64,000 nucleotides of DNA. It comes from an uncultured Verrucomicrobiae bacterium (lineage in GTDB: Bacteria; Verrucomicrobiota; Verrucomicrobiia; Chthoniobacterales; Chthoniobacteraceae). The stretch is taken from positions 52,730 through 116,729 of the forward strand of contig CAWGMG010000017.1 of assembly GCA_963823615.1 (NCBI GenBank), read 5' to 3'. Below are positions 37,867 through 47,559 of the stretch, piece after piece (within the stretch, counting starts at the first letter, position 1; every line of letters begins with the position of its first letter). The notes under the pieces are model-generated. The model was not told the DNA's origin. It ran no database searches and saw only the letters and a list, made by a program, of their open reading frames with translations. The position numbers and the translations under genes were made by a program.

Positions 37867-39069
37867 TCAGAACGTCTCCTTGACCTTCCCGCGCGGCGCG
37901 GTGCGCATCTCCTCTTTCGCCGCTTCCACTTTCTCCGCATTCTGGTTGCAGAGCAGCAGGCCGCTGAGCCCGGCGGGCTGATAATAGCGCAGGATGAACT
38001 TCTTTTTCTCCAGCGACCCTTCCAGCTCGAAACGGCTCGGCGGCTTCCCGAAGTCGCCGACGAAGTTGAAATGCAGATCGAGCGCGCGCGCCTCGGCGCT
38101 CGGCACGTACTCGTACTTCAGCCGCTTCTTGCCGGTCATGTTGATGCCCGCGAGCCGGCCTTGCGCCATGGCGGCTTCCCAGTACTCGAACCGCCGGATC
38201 CCGCCGAAAATCCTGCACGGGTAGGCCGCCACGTCGCCGGCCGCGTAGATCCCTTTTTCGTCAGTCTCGAGGTGCTCATTGACCGGCGTGCCGTACGGAT
38301 AGGCGAGCGGCGTCCCCTGCACCAGCGCGAGATTCGGCTCGCACCCGATGGCGACGATCGCGAGCTCGGCGGGAAAACGCTGGCCGCTCTTCGTCTGGAT
38401 GTTCTTGAGGACGGTGCGCCCCTCGAAGCCGTTCACCGTTTCGCCAAGCTGCAGCTTTACGCCGCGCTCGGCGAATTGCTTGGTGATGAACTCGCCCGTC
38501 GCGGGGTCGACCTTCTTGTCCCAGAGCGTCTTGCCGCGGTGCAGCAGCGTGAGCTTGATCCGCGGCCGCGTGATGAGAAGCGTCGCCGCCTCCGCCGCCA
38601 GAAATCCGCCGCCGACGATGACGACATCGCGCTCGAGATCGAGCATCTCGCGCAGCGCCAGCACGTCGCGCATCGTGCGCAGATAGATGACATTGCCGAG
38701 GTTGTTCCCGGCGACGGTCGGCTTGCGGGCGCGCGCGCCCATGGCGAGGCACGCCTTGCGAAACTCGACCGCCTGCCCATTCCCGAGCACCGCCAGCCGG
38801 CGCTCGATGTTGAACTGGGTGACGAACGTGTCGAGCCGCAGATCGACGCGGTTTTTCTCAAACCACGCCGCGTCGTGTTGCAGCAGCTTCTCCGGGACGA
38901 GCGGCTTGCCGTCCAGGCCGTGCTGGAAGAGAAGCGGCCGATGGTAAGGGGCGTAGCCCTCGTTCCCCACGAGCATGATGCTCCCTTTCGGGTCGTGCTC
39001 GCGGATGCCTTCGCACACGCTGGCACCAGCCACGCCTGCGCCGACAATCAGGTAATCACGCCGAATCAT
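37867..39069 (-). CDS. FAD-dependent pyridine nucleotide-disulfide oxidoreductase (AIF/ferredoxin-reductase-like)
   Basis: YLIVGAGVAGASVCEGI (FAD GxGxxG), VVIVGGGFLAAEAA (NAD GxGxxA), YAAGDVAAY. Confidence 0.8.
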   Translation of the reverse strand: MIRRDYLIVGAGVAGASVCEGIREHDPKGSIMLVGNEGYAPYHRPLLFQHGLDGKPLVPEKLLQHDAAWFEKNRVDLRLDTFVTQFNIERRLAVLGNGQAVEFRKACLAMGARARKPTVAGNNLGNVIYLRTMRDVLALREMLDLERDVVIVGGGFLAAEAATLLITRPRIKLTLLHRGKTLWDKKVDPATGEFITKQFAERGVKLQLGETVNGFEGRTVLKNIQTKSGQRFPAELAIVAIGCEPNLALVQGTPLAYPYGTPVNEHLETDEKGIYAAGDVAAYPCRIFGGIRRFEYWEAAMAQGRLAGINMTGKKRLKYEYVPSAEARALDLHFNFVGDFGKPPSRFELEGSLEKKKFILRYYQPAGLSGLLLCNQNAEKVEAAKEEMRTAPRGKVKETF

Positions 39070-39184
39070 ATTTGGGGGGTACAAGGAACATCGTGTCAGA
39101 ACTTCGCGCCGGGTGGAGAAAAAAAAGGACGAGCGCGGGAAAGCCGTGCGGTTGACGCGCGTCACAAGGGAATCGAACGCGGAG

Positions 39185-39284
39185 CCATCCTCTTTCTCAT
39201 CATCCTCATCTTCATCCCCATCAGTCTTCTCTCATTCTGGCAGAGTCAGGAGAGCTGTGGGCTGGGGATGAAGATGATGATCTA
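39185..39284 (-). other. conserved ~100-nt leader-like element, copy 1 (copy 2 at 60080-60179), immediately 5' of a minus-strand gene
   Basis: catcctcttYctcWtcatcMYcatcttcatcccMatc ... aggagag(c/a)tgtgggctggggatga(a/t)gatga is shared by both copies; perfect 15-bp stem tcatcttcatcccca/tggggatgaagatga; minus-strand Met-rich micro-ORF MGMKMRMMRKRM. Confidence 0.5.
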
Positions 39285-39431
39285 ACCAAACAACGAACAT
39301 CTTTTCGACGATCTTCGCGCACACCCTGACGGCGCGCGCCCGCGGGCGGTGGCGCGGAGCAGCGCGAAGCGCACCCCAATCGGCTCCTGAGCCTTGCGAA
39401 GCGCCGGGCTTCCGCTACGGTCCACCTTCCT

Positions 39432-39885
39432 ATGGATTTCCAGGCCCGCATCGACGAAGACCTCAAGAGCGCGATGAAAGCGCGCGAAACGGAGCGGCTC
39501 GGCGTGCTGCGGATGCTCAAGAGTTCGCTCAAGCTGGCCTCGATCGAGCAAGGCGGCGCGGAGGCCCGGCTCGATGACGCCGCCGCGCTGGCGGTCGTGC
39601 GCAAGGAGTTGAAGAAGCGCCAGGACTCGATCGAGGGCTTCGAAAAAGGGAATCGTCCCGAGCTCGCGGCGAAAGAAAAAGCCGAGGCGGAATTTCTGCA
39701 AGTCTACCTGCCGCAAGGCGATGAGCGCCGAGGAACTGGCGGCGCTCGTCGACGCCGCGATCGCCGAAGCCGGCGCGACCTCGAAAGCGCAGATGGGCGC
39801 CGTCATGAAGCTGGCCACGCAAAAAGCCGCCGGCCGCGCCGATGGCAAAGCGCTCAGTGCCGCCGTCGCCGCCAAGCTCCGCTGA
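39432..39885 (+). CDS. GatB/YqeY domain protein (frameshift ~39715)
   Basis: MDFQARIDEDLKSAMKARETERLGVLRMLKSSLK..; C-terminus ..MGAVMKLATQKAAGRADGKALSAAVAAKLR in a shifted frame. Confidence 0.7.
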
Positions 39886-39925
39886 CTGCCGTCTTCACTT
39901 CGTCATTCGTCATTCGTCATTCCCC

Positions 39926-40642
39926 ATGGTCTCCGCCCTCATCGTCGCCGCCGGCAGCTCCCGCCGCATGGGCTTCGACAAGCTCTTCGCGCCGCTCGCG
40001 GGCAAGCCCGTGCTGTGGCATTCCATCAAGGCTTTCAGCGACGCGGCGGAGATCCACGAGATCATCGTCGTGACGAAGGAAGACCAGGTCCCGGAGGTGC
40101 AGGCGCTGGTCGCGAAAGGGAAATTCGCCAAGGTGACGAAGGTGCTCCCCGGCGGCGACGAGCGGCACGAATCGGTCTGGATCGGCTTGCAGCAAATCGA
40201 GAGCAAGGGGAGCGAATTCGTCGCCATCCACGATGGCGCGCGGCCGCTCGTGACGCCGGAATTGATCAGCCGCTGCATCGCCCGCGCGCGCGAAGTCGGC
40301 GCCGCCGGCGTCGCTTCGCCGATCCCCGATACGGTCAAGCGCGCCACGCCCGAGGAGATGGTCACCGAGAGCGTCGATCGCTCGGGGCTCTGGGCGATGC
40401 AGACGCCGCAAATCTTCGCGAGCGGGCTCATCATGCAGGCCTACGCGGCCATCATGTCGAAGCACGAGATGGTGACCGACGAGATCTCCGCGGTCCAGAA
40501 GCTCGGCAAGCGCATCGCGCTCCTGCGCAACGACGACTGGAACTTCAAAATCACCTTCCCGCAGGATTTCGAGCTGGCCGAACACGTCCTCTCGCTGCGC
40601 AGCAAACGATCCTTGAATCCCCCCGTGCCGGCGGCGCCGTGA
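39926..40642 (+). CDS. ispD: 2-C-methyl-D-erythritol 4-phosphate cytidylyltransferase
   Basis: MVSALIVAAGSSRRMGFDKLF..VAIHDGARPLV..WAMQTPQIF. Confidence 0.85.
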   Translation: MVSALIVAAGSSRRMGFDKLFAPLAGKPVLWHSIKAFSDAAEIHEIIVVTKEDQVPEVQALVAKGKFAKVTKVLPGGDERHESVWIGLQQIESKGSEFVAIHDGARPLVTPELISRCIARAREVGAAGVASPIPDTVKRATPEEMVTESVDRSGLWAMQTPQIFASGLIMQAYAAIMSKHEMVTDEISAVQKLGKRIALLRNDDWNFKITFPQDFELAEHVLSLRSKRSLNPPVPAAP

Positions 40643-40714
40643 AGGCTCTGTTATTCGGCGCTCCCTAACAAAACCCCCGCCCGCCGCTTACTGTTACTGC
40701 TTACAACTTCCTGA

Positions 40715-41983
40715 ATGACCGCCTACCGTCTCACCCGCCTGCCCAACGGCATCCGCATCGCCTCGTACGAGATGCCGCACATGCGCAGTGTGACGACGGG
40801 AATCTGGGTCGGCATCGGCGGGCGGCACGAGAAGCTGGCGGAATGCGGCATGTCGCATTTCATCGAGCATCTGCTCTTCAAGGGGACCGCGCGGCGCAGC
40901 GCCCGGCAGATCACCGAGTCGGTCGAAGGGCTGGGCGGCTATCTCAACGCCTACACCACCGAGGACCACACCTGCTACTACTCGCGCGCCGCCGCGCGGC
41001 ATCTGCCGCGGCTCGCCGATGTCCTCTGCGACATGTTCGTGAACTCGGAGTTCGCGGCGGACGAGATCGACCGCGAGCGCGAAGTCATCCGCGAAGAAAT
41101 CCTGTCGTACCGCGATCAGCCGGAGCAGCACGCCTCGGACTTGCTCACGGAGACGATGTGGCCGCGGCACCCGCTCGGCCGCCCGCTCACCGGCACGCTG
41201 GAGTCGATCAGCCGCTTTCGCCGGCCGGAGCTGAAGCGCTTCGTGCACGAGCATTACAACGGCACGAACACCATCGTCGCCGTCGCGGGACCGGTGAGCC
41301 ATGAAGAAGTCGTGCGGCTTTTTGCCCCGACGCTCGGCAAGCTCCCGGCGGGAAAGAAGCCGCCCTTCACGCACATCCGCGCCACCACGCGCAACAACGT
41401 GAGCGTCAAAGCGTTCCCGCAGGAGACGGAGCAGATGCACCTCGCGATGGGTTTCCACGCCTTTGGCCGGCGCGACGATCGCCGCTACGCGCTGCGGCTG
41501 CTCAGCGTGCTGCTCGGCGAAAACATGAGCTCGCGCCTCTTCCAGACGCTGCGCGAACGCCACGGCTACTGCTACTCCGTGCAGACGAGCATCGTCACGC
41601 TCGACGACACCGGCGCCATCCAAATCTGCGCCGGCCTCGACCCGACCAAGCTGCGCAAGGCGCTCGGCATGATCTTGAAAGAGCTCGAGCGCATCTGCCA
41701 CGCCAAGCCCTCCGCGCGCGAGCTGAAGAAAGCGCGCGACTACACCATCGGCCAGACCTCGATGGGCCTCGAGAGCACGACCAACCAGATGATGTGGATG
41801 GGCGAATCGCTCCTCGGCTACGGCAAGATCCTCGACCCCGGCGAGCTGGAGAAAAAAGTCATGGCCGTCGAGCCCGAGCACGTGCAGGACGTCGCCTGCC
41901 ACTGCCTCAGCCGCGGCCGCCTCGGCGTGGCGGTCGTCGGGCCGGTGAAGCAGGACGAAGTGACCGCGTGGCTGCACGCGTAG
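40715..41983 (+). CDS. M16 family zinc metallopeptidase (pitrilysin-like)
   Basis: Inverted zinc-binding motif HFIEHLLFKGT (HxxEH) ... EDHTCYY. Confidence 0.85.
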   Translation: MTAYRLTRLPNGIRIASYEMPHMRSVTTGIWVGIGGRHEKLAECGMSHFIEHLLFKGTARRSARQITESVEGLGGYLNAYTTEDHTCYYSRAAARHLPRLADVLCDMFVNSEFAADEIDREREVIREEILSYRDQPEQHASDLLTETMWPRHPLGRPLTGTLESISRFRRPELKRFVHEHYNGTNTIVAVAGPVSHEEVVRLFAPTLGKLPAGKKPPFTHIRATTRNNVSVKAFPQETEQMHLAMGFHAFGRRDDRRYALRLLSVLLGENMSSRLFQTLRERHGYCYSVQTSIVTLDDTGAIQICAGLDPTKLRKALGMILKELERICHAKPSARELKKARDYTIGQTSMGLESTTNQMMWMGESLLGYGKILDPGELEKKVMAVEPEHVQDVACHCLSRGRLGVAVVGPVKQDEVTAWLHA

Positions 41984-42017
41984 CAAACGCCGCGGACCTT
42001 CGCCTGAAAAGTTCGGG

Positions 42018-42984
42018 TTATTTCCCACCCGCGGCTTTCTGGGATCGCAGGGTCAAGCAAACCTCGCTGGTCGCCAGTTCGGTGGAGAGGGTGTCGGTCC
42101 AGGAGCCATCGGGCTGTTGTTGCGCGAGCAGGTTCTCACGGGCGGCGGCTTGCCAGCGAGGCCAGGTCTCGCCGCCGACCATGCGCAACGCCTGACCCGC
42201 GTAGTAGTGCCCGTGGAAGTAAAAGGCGCTCTTCTGCGGCTCGGCGCCGGGGTGCCGGCAGGTAGGCCATGAGGTAGTCGGTGGCGCGGGCGGTGTCTGG
42301 CCGGCGGGCGGGGTCGGTCCACGCGCTGGTGGCCAGGGCCGCGGCGCAGGCGGCGGCGGAGCGCGGGAAGGCGCTCGTGCCGGGGGCCGTGTAACCGAAT
42401 CCGCCATCGGCGTTCTGGCACGTTTGGAGGAAGCCGACGCCGCTGCCGAAGGTCGCGGCCGGCACCGCGAGGCCGGCGTTGCGCGCGGCGGCGAGGGCCA
42501 TCAGCTCACAACTCGTGACGGAGGTGTCGCTGTCGCCGGGAGCGGGAGCGTAGCGCCAGCCGCCGGCGATCCCCTGGCTCTTCACAATGAGCTCGACGGC
42601 TTTCGCCAGTTTCTCCCGCACGTCGGACTGCGGGTTGGCTTGCAGGTAAGTGGCGAGAAAGAGCGTGGCGTACCCGTGGTCGTACATCGAGCCCTTGCGT
42701 TCGCCGTGCCCGGCGAAATAGCCCTGCTCATTTTGCGTTGAGAGGAGGAAGGTGGCGGCCTGCTTCACGCGGCCGGCGTTTGCCTCATCGCCCATGAGCG
42801 CCAGTCCCGAGAGGCTGGTCACGCCGACGCTCCCGCGGAACTGGCCCGTGCCGACGGAGCCGTCCTCCTGTTGCTGCGCGGCGAGGTAGGCGAGACCGCG
42901 GGTGACGGCCAGCGCGGCTTTGTCCTGGTCGGCGGCGTGCGCCAGGGGCGAGAGGGTGAGAGCGAGGATGAAGAGATGTTTCAT
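42018..42984 (-). CDS. prenyltransferase/squalene-oxidase repeat protein (frameshift ~42270)
   Basis: Signal MKHLFILALTLSPLAHA; repeated ..Q..DGS/GGW.. alpha-alpha toroid repeats (QQQEDGSVG, QNEQGYFAG, QGIAGGWRY, QNADGGFGY, QQQPDGSW). Confidence 0.6.
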
Positions 42985-43031
42985 GGCGGGTTTGGGTTGA
43001 GGTATCGCTATCGTCTAACTGGGAGCCGTGA

Positions 43032-46000
43032 TCACTCATCCGCGAGCGCACGGATTTGCGCTACCTTGGCCCTAGCTAACTCGAGTCGCCTCGGCTTCGC
43101 CAGGTCCTTGGGTAGCTTGCTGAAACTCACGTGCGCGAATGGCGCGACGGCCGGGTTGGTCGTGGCGGCCAGGAAGGCGGTGAAGGCTTTCCACTCGGCA
43201 TCGGTCGGATCGCCGACGCTGCTTTCGAAGTAGGCTGTGTCGTGCTTGGTCCGCGCTTCGATCTGGATGACGGAGCGCAGTTCATTTTGCGCGGCGCGGC
43301 GTTGCGCGGGGGTGAGGCTGAAAGCGACGCCGCCGGTGAGGGTGTTGATGAGGGACTTTCGGCCGCTGTGCAACTCGGTGACGCGGCGCAGCGCGCGCGC
43401 ATAGTGTTCCAGCGCCGCCGAGAAATCACCGGGCGTGCCGAGCCGGCGCAGGACGGAGGCGGCCAGCAGTTTCTCCGAGCCGTTGGTTAGATACTCGGCT
43501 ACCGCGGGCGACGCGGCGGGGTCGCCGATTTGCGCCAACGCGAGGAGCGCCGTGCGTTGCGCCTCGACGTTTTGTTCCCGCAAGCCTTGCTCGACGAGCG
43601 GGCGGTGCGGCTTGCTCTTGGCGAGTCCGAGGACGCGGTAGCCAATAATGCGCTGCACATCCAAGTCGCTCTGCGCCATCTGCACGCCGAGCGGGACGAA
43701 GCCGGCGTCCATGAATGGCCCCGCGGCCTCGACGACGGCGTTGAGCGTGTCGATATCGGAGACTTTGTTCCAGTTGTCGAGCGCGACGCGGAGCACCGTC
43801 TGGGCGCTCTCCGAGTCGATCATATTGTCGCGGGCGCTGCGGAGACGCTTCGCTAATTCAGGACCGGCGAGGCTCGCGGCTTCCAGCATGAGATCGGTCG
43901 GGAGGACCTTCTTCGGATCGAGCGCGCGCTTCTGCGCCGTCTTCGTGGAGAGCGCGTCGGAGCCCTTCGCGAGGTGAGTGAGACACGACGCGAGGATGCG
44001 CGGCCACTCGGGCGATTCCCAATACGGCAGCACTCCTTTCGCCGGTTCACCGTGCGGATTTGCCAGCACGACGATGACCCGGCCCGCGCCGTAGCTGCCG
44101 CGGACAATGGCCGGATGCCCGCCCGCCGTCGCCAATACCTCGGCGCCTTCTTTCACCGGCGATTGATCCACCTGCAACGCCGAGCCGGCACGCGCCCAGT
44201 CGACCTTGGAAAAGAAGCCGCTGTTCACCGCCTCGAGCGGCATTCCCGCGGGATCGATCGCAAGGTTGCCGGGTTTGGTAACGTGCACGGGCAGCACCTC
44301 GGCCAGCGCGGTATTGCGATCGGCTCCTTGCGACAAGTTGAACCAGCCGCCCATCACCAGGAGACCGCCGCCAGCGCGCACAAAATCGGCAATCATCGTC
44401 CGTCGCGCCACGCCGAGGTCCGCCGCCTGGACGTTGTCTAAGACGATGACATCATTTTCAAATAGCTGATCGTATGTTTCAGGAAAGTCCTCCATCGAAC
44501 CGGCCGGCCCAAGCCGGAAGCCGACCCGATCCACCCACGATTGCGAGTAGTTCCCGCCGCCGGCCAGTTGCAGCGCGATGTCGACCGGGTTCAGCCAGGC
44601 GAACGCTCCGCGCGCATGGTGAACATCGACGATGCCGTTGCGGTGAAGCTCCAGATTCGCGGGGCGCACGAAGTTCTTCAGATGCGCCAGCGCCTCGGCG
44701 TCGGCATTGTATTCACGATCGAAGTCCGCGTGCGGCGGCTTCGCGCTGGCCGCGGCGGCGCCGGTGCCGATGCCAGCGGCGGCTTTGTCGGCGGCGAGCT
44801 TGGCGTCGTGTTCTTTCTTCAGCGCCACATTAGCCAACTCCCTGGTCGCGTCCTCGACCGGCGTGGTCAATGGATAAAGCGGTTGGGTCGGCGATTCGAA
44901 TTCCAACGCCACGATGCTCCACATCTTAACCGTCGGAATGGTGATGGTCGCCGTGCCGGCATCGACCGTGGCCTCGAGCAATTCGTGGCCTTCGGTCAGG
45001 TCCGGCGAGACATGGAAGGCGCGAGTTAGCTTGGCGCCGGCGGGAAGGTTTGCATGCACGACGACCTTCTCGAGCGCGGTCGGGGGCGGCTGCACGCGTT
45101 GGGCGAAGTTGCGGTAGCCGGGCAGGTTCAGCACGTTCAGCAAGACCTGCTGGCGGCCATCGGGCAGCTTGCGCAGCCATGCGCTTTGGTCCCACCAGAG
45201 CGCGGTATTTGCGGCGGCGCCGGCCGGCGGCGTGACTTGAAAATGATCCGCGGCTTTGGCGATGAGGGCGGTGTCATCCCAGACGAACGCGGAGTAACGG
45301 GTGAGAAATTTCGGCAGTGGACCGAACGCATAATCGCCAGGCGAGGTTAAATAAGTATAGCGCTGGCCCGCGGCGAGGCCGCAGAGGACATTCCACGTCA
45401 CGTCCTGTTTACTCCCCATATCGAAAGTGATGAAGAGCGGGAGTCCGCCAATGCGCTTCTCGTAATTGGCCTCGCGGCAAAGCCCCTCATAGAAATTGCG
45501 CATGGAGCCGTCGGTCCAGCGGCTGTGGCCGCGGACGGATTCATCCATGATCAGGCCGTGGTCGCGCGCGATCTCGTGAAAATCGCTCTGGTCCGGCGGC
45601 AGGAACATCGGCGAGCCGCAGTTGGCAAACGCTGAGTTATAGCCATGCACAAAACCGGGCCGCTGCGCGTTGATGCGGTCGATACAGCGGCGCTGGTTTT
45701 CGACAAAATGCCCGTCCCAGCGGACGCCGTCCCAGCCGAACATCTCCGCGCTCCGCACGAGCTCATCGGCGCCGAAGTCGACGGCGGGATCGTAATTAAA
45801 GCGTGTCCAGAGGCTGGCCCAGTGCCGCCAGCCGCCGTCGCTCGGGCGGTTGAAGTTATAGTCATTTTCCAGCATCCGCTCGAGCAGGAACGTGCTGAAT
45901 TTCTCCGTTGCCGGCCCGGTCGCGAAGGAGTGGCCGAAAAACTCCGGATGCCGCTGGTAAGTGAGAAACCCGGCGATCCCCGCGCCGCACGCCTTGCCAT

Positions 46001-47210
46001 ACGTGATCGCCTTCACTCCGTGGCGGTGGGCGGTGGCGATCTGCAATTTCATGCCGCTCACGCTGCCGGGATATTGCGTCTGCCCGGAGACAAACTCCTC
46101 GGTCTTCGGAGTTAAGTCGGAGTAATCGCACGGCGCCCAGGCGAAGCACTCGAAGTAGTTCGCGTATTGCTTTTGGTTGCCGGCCATCACGGCCTCCGCC
46201 TTTTCGGGCGTTAGCTCACGCGTGCTTTGGCCGACGTTCCGACCGGTGATCCCGACGCGATAGACGTTCGCGCTCACACCGAAATACTCGCTGGAGGAAT
46301 GAATGACCTCGTTTGCGCTACCAATCAAAGAGCAACGCAGCTCATGGCCAAACTCGTCAGCGCCCAGCTTAAATGAAAAGGCGATTTCTTTCTTTTCGCC
46401 CGCCATAAGTTGAACGCTTGATGTATAGACTTCCTTCGCGCTGTCCAACTCCGTGATGACCTCCGCGCGGAACGTCAACACCCCACCCGCCGCGCCGGCC
46501 AGCAGCTCGGCTTTCGCACTCACTTGCTCGTTCGGCACGTAGTGGACCTTGTCGACGCTGACCCTCCCCACCGCCACCGGCGCCGGCCGGAGCAGCGTCA
46601 GCTCCACGCGATCGCACGCCACGCGCAGATCGCTTGGCGTAAAGGAGTCCGCGCTCTTGGCCCCCTCGAGCAACTCGGAAAGCTCGTCGCGCGAGGCGTC
46701 GGCTTTCTTCTTTTTGCCGCTCGTGCTCTCGTCGATATCGACCGCGGCGGCGACCCCTTTCTCCGCCTCGCCGGGGCTGGCGCGCATCTGATCGAAACCG
46801 CTCTTGCCCGCCGCATCCAGCGTGATGGAAACCTTGCCGCCCGGATGGAAAAACCGAAGCGGGAACGGGTGAAAACCGGGCTGCGAGTCGAGCTGCGCCT
46901 GGTCGATCACCCGCTCCGCGCCGTCCGCCTTGAACGTGATCGCCAGCGTGTGCAGCAGCGAGGCGGGCACCGCTTCCACCCACGCGGTGGCCAGGTAGTC
47001 ACCTGCGGGCAGTGCATGGCCAAAGTCGAACACGCGCCCGCCCGCCGGCAGCAGGGCGATGACGCAGCGCTTGCCCGAAGCGCGGCTGTCCGCGTACGCC
47101 GTCGCGGCCTTCGGCTTGAAGTCCTCCGCTTCGAGAATCTGCGCTTTCTCCGCGGCAGCGAGGCGCCCGCTGGTGGCGCTCAGCATCAGCAAAACGGCGA
47201 GCGCGCGCAT
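43032..47210 (-). CDS. large secreted multidomain protein (glycoside-hydrolase-like region, GATase1/ThuA-like domain, C-terminal HEAT repeats)
   Basis: Signal MRALAVLLMLSATSGRLAAA; VIVLDNVQAADLG..AGGGLLVMGGW (class-I amidotransferase-like); HEAT-like ..LLALAQIGDPAASPAVAEYL.. Confidence 0.55.
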   Translation of the reverse strand: MRALAVLLMLSATSGRLAAAEKAQILEAEDFKPKAATAYADSRASGKRCVIALLPAGGRVFDFGHALPAGDYLATAWVEAVPASLLHTLAITFKADGAERVIDQAQLDSQPGFHPFPLRFFHPGGKVSITLDAAGKSGFDQMRASPGEAEKGVAAAVDIDESTSGKKKKADASRDELSELLEGAKSADSFTPSDLRVACDRVELTLLRPAPVAVGRVSVDKVHYVPNEQVSAKAELLAGAAGGVLTFRAEVITELDSAKEVYTSSVQLMAGEKKEIAFSFKLGADEFGHELRCSLIGSANEVIHSSSEYFGVSANVYRVGITGRNVGQSTRELTPEKAEAVMAGNQKQYANYFECFAWAPCDYSDLTPKTEEFVSGQTQYPGSVSGMKLQIATAHRHGVKAITYGKACGAGIAGFLTYQRHPEFFGHSFATGPATEKFSTFLLERMLENDYNFNRPSDGGWRHWASLWTRFNYDPAVDFGADELVRSAEMFGWDGVRWDGHFVENQRRCIDRINAQRPGFVHGYNSAFANCGSPMFLPPDQSDFHEIARDHGLIMDESVRGHSRWTDGSMRNFYEGLCREANYEKRIGGLPLFITFDMGSKQDVTWNVLCGLAAGQRYTYLTSPGDYAFGPLPKFLTRYSAFVWDDTALIAKAADHFQVTPPAGAAANTALWWDQSAWLRKLPDGRQQVLLNVLNLPGYRNFAQRVQPPPTALEKVVVHANLPAGAKLTRAFHVSPDLTEGHELLEATVDAGTATITIPTVKMWSIVALEFESPTQPLYPLTTPVEDATRELANVALKKEHDAKLAADKAAAGIGTGAAAASAKPPHADFDREYNADAEALAHLKNFVRPANLELHRNGIVDVHHARGAFAWLNPVDIALQLAGGGNYSQSWVDRVGFRLGPAGSMEDFPETYDQLFENDVIVLDNVQAADLGVARRTMIADFVRAGGGLLVMGGWFNLSQGADRNTALAEVLPVHVTKPGNLAIDPAGMPLEAVNSGFFSKVDWARAGSALQVDQSPVKEGAEVLATAGGHPAIVRGSYGAGRVIVVLANPHGEPAKGVLPYWESPEWPRILASCLTHLAKGSDALSTKTAQKRALDPKKVLPTDLMLEAASLAGPELAKRLRSARDNMIDSESAQTVLRVALDNWNKVSDIDTLNAVVEAAGPFMDAGFVPLGVQMAQSDLDVQRIIGYRVLGLAKSKPHRPLVEQGLREQNVEAQRTALLALAQIGDPAASPAVAEYLTNGSEKLLAASVLRRLGTPGDFSAALEHYARALRRVTELHSGRKSLINTLTGGVAFSLTPAQRRAAQNELRSVIQIEARTKHDTAYFESSVGDPTDAEWKAFTAFLAATTNPAVAPFAHVSFSKLPKDLAKPRRLELARAKVAQIRALADE

Positions 47211-47330
47211 CGAAAACGCGATGCTTCGAGACAAGGATGATGCGTGAAAACCAGGGGGCGTGGTCATGGATAGATAGGCGGCGGGCTGCGTTTATCTTAG
47301 CCGTATCTCTGCAAGACGCGCGCCTCTCCG

Positions 47331-47483
47331 GATGGGTAGCACAGGCGTCCCGCCTGTTCGGCTCGGCGTCCCGCCGAGTCGTCGACACGGCGCGTAGCAT
47401 TCACCAAATGGTGAGGACGAGCGCTTCGCGAGCCGCCGGGCGGGACGCCCGCCGGAACAGGCGGGACGCCTGTGCTACCCATC
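47331..47483. repeat. 153-bp nested palindromic element (29-bp perfect inverted repeat arms plus inner inverted repeats)
   Basis: gatgggtagcacaggcgtcccgcctgttc ... gaacaggcgggacgcctgtgctacccatc; inner ggcgtcccgcc/ggcgggacgcc and caccaaatggtg. Confidence 0.75.
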
Positions 47484-47559
47484 GTAGAGCCACGCGCGTT
47501 TTGCATAGTGCTTGGAAAAGCATGTCGAGCGTCAGAGCCGGCGGACTGGGCGAGCCTCC

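Noticed and set aside
39185-39284. Protein-coding reading of the conserved element on the + strand (ILFLIILIFIPISLLSF..)
   Set aside because: No in-frame start codon within reach. The C-terminal halves of the two copies fall in different frames. The upstream in-frame sequence is the antisense of the oxidoreductase gene. Kept as a non-coding/leader element with the ambiguity noted.
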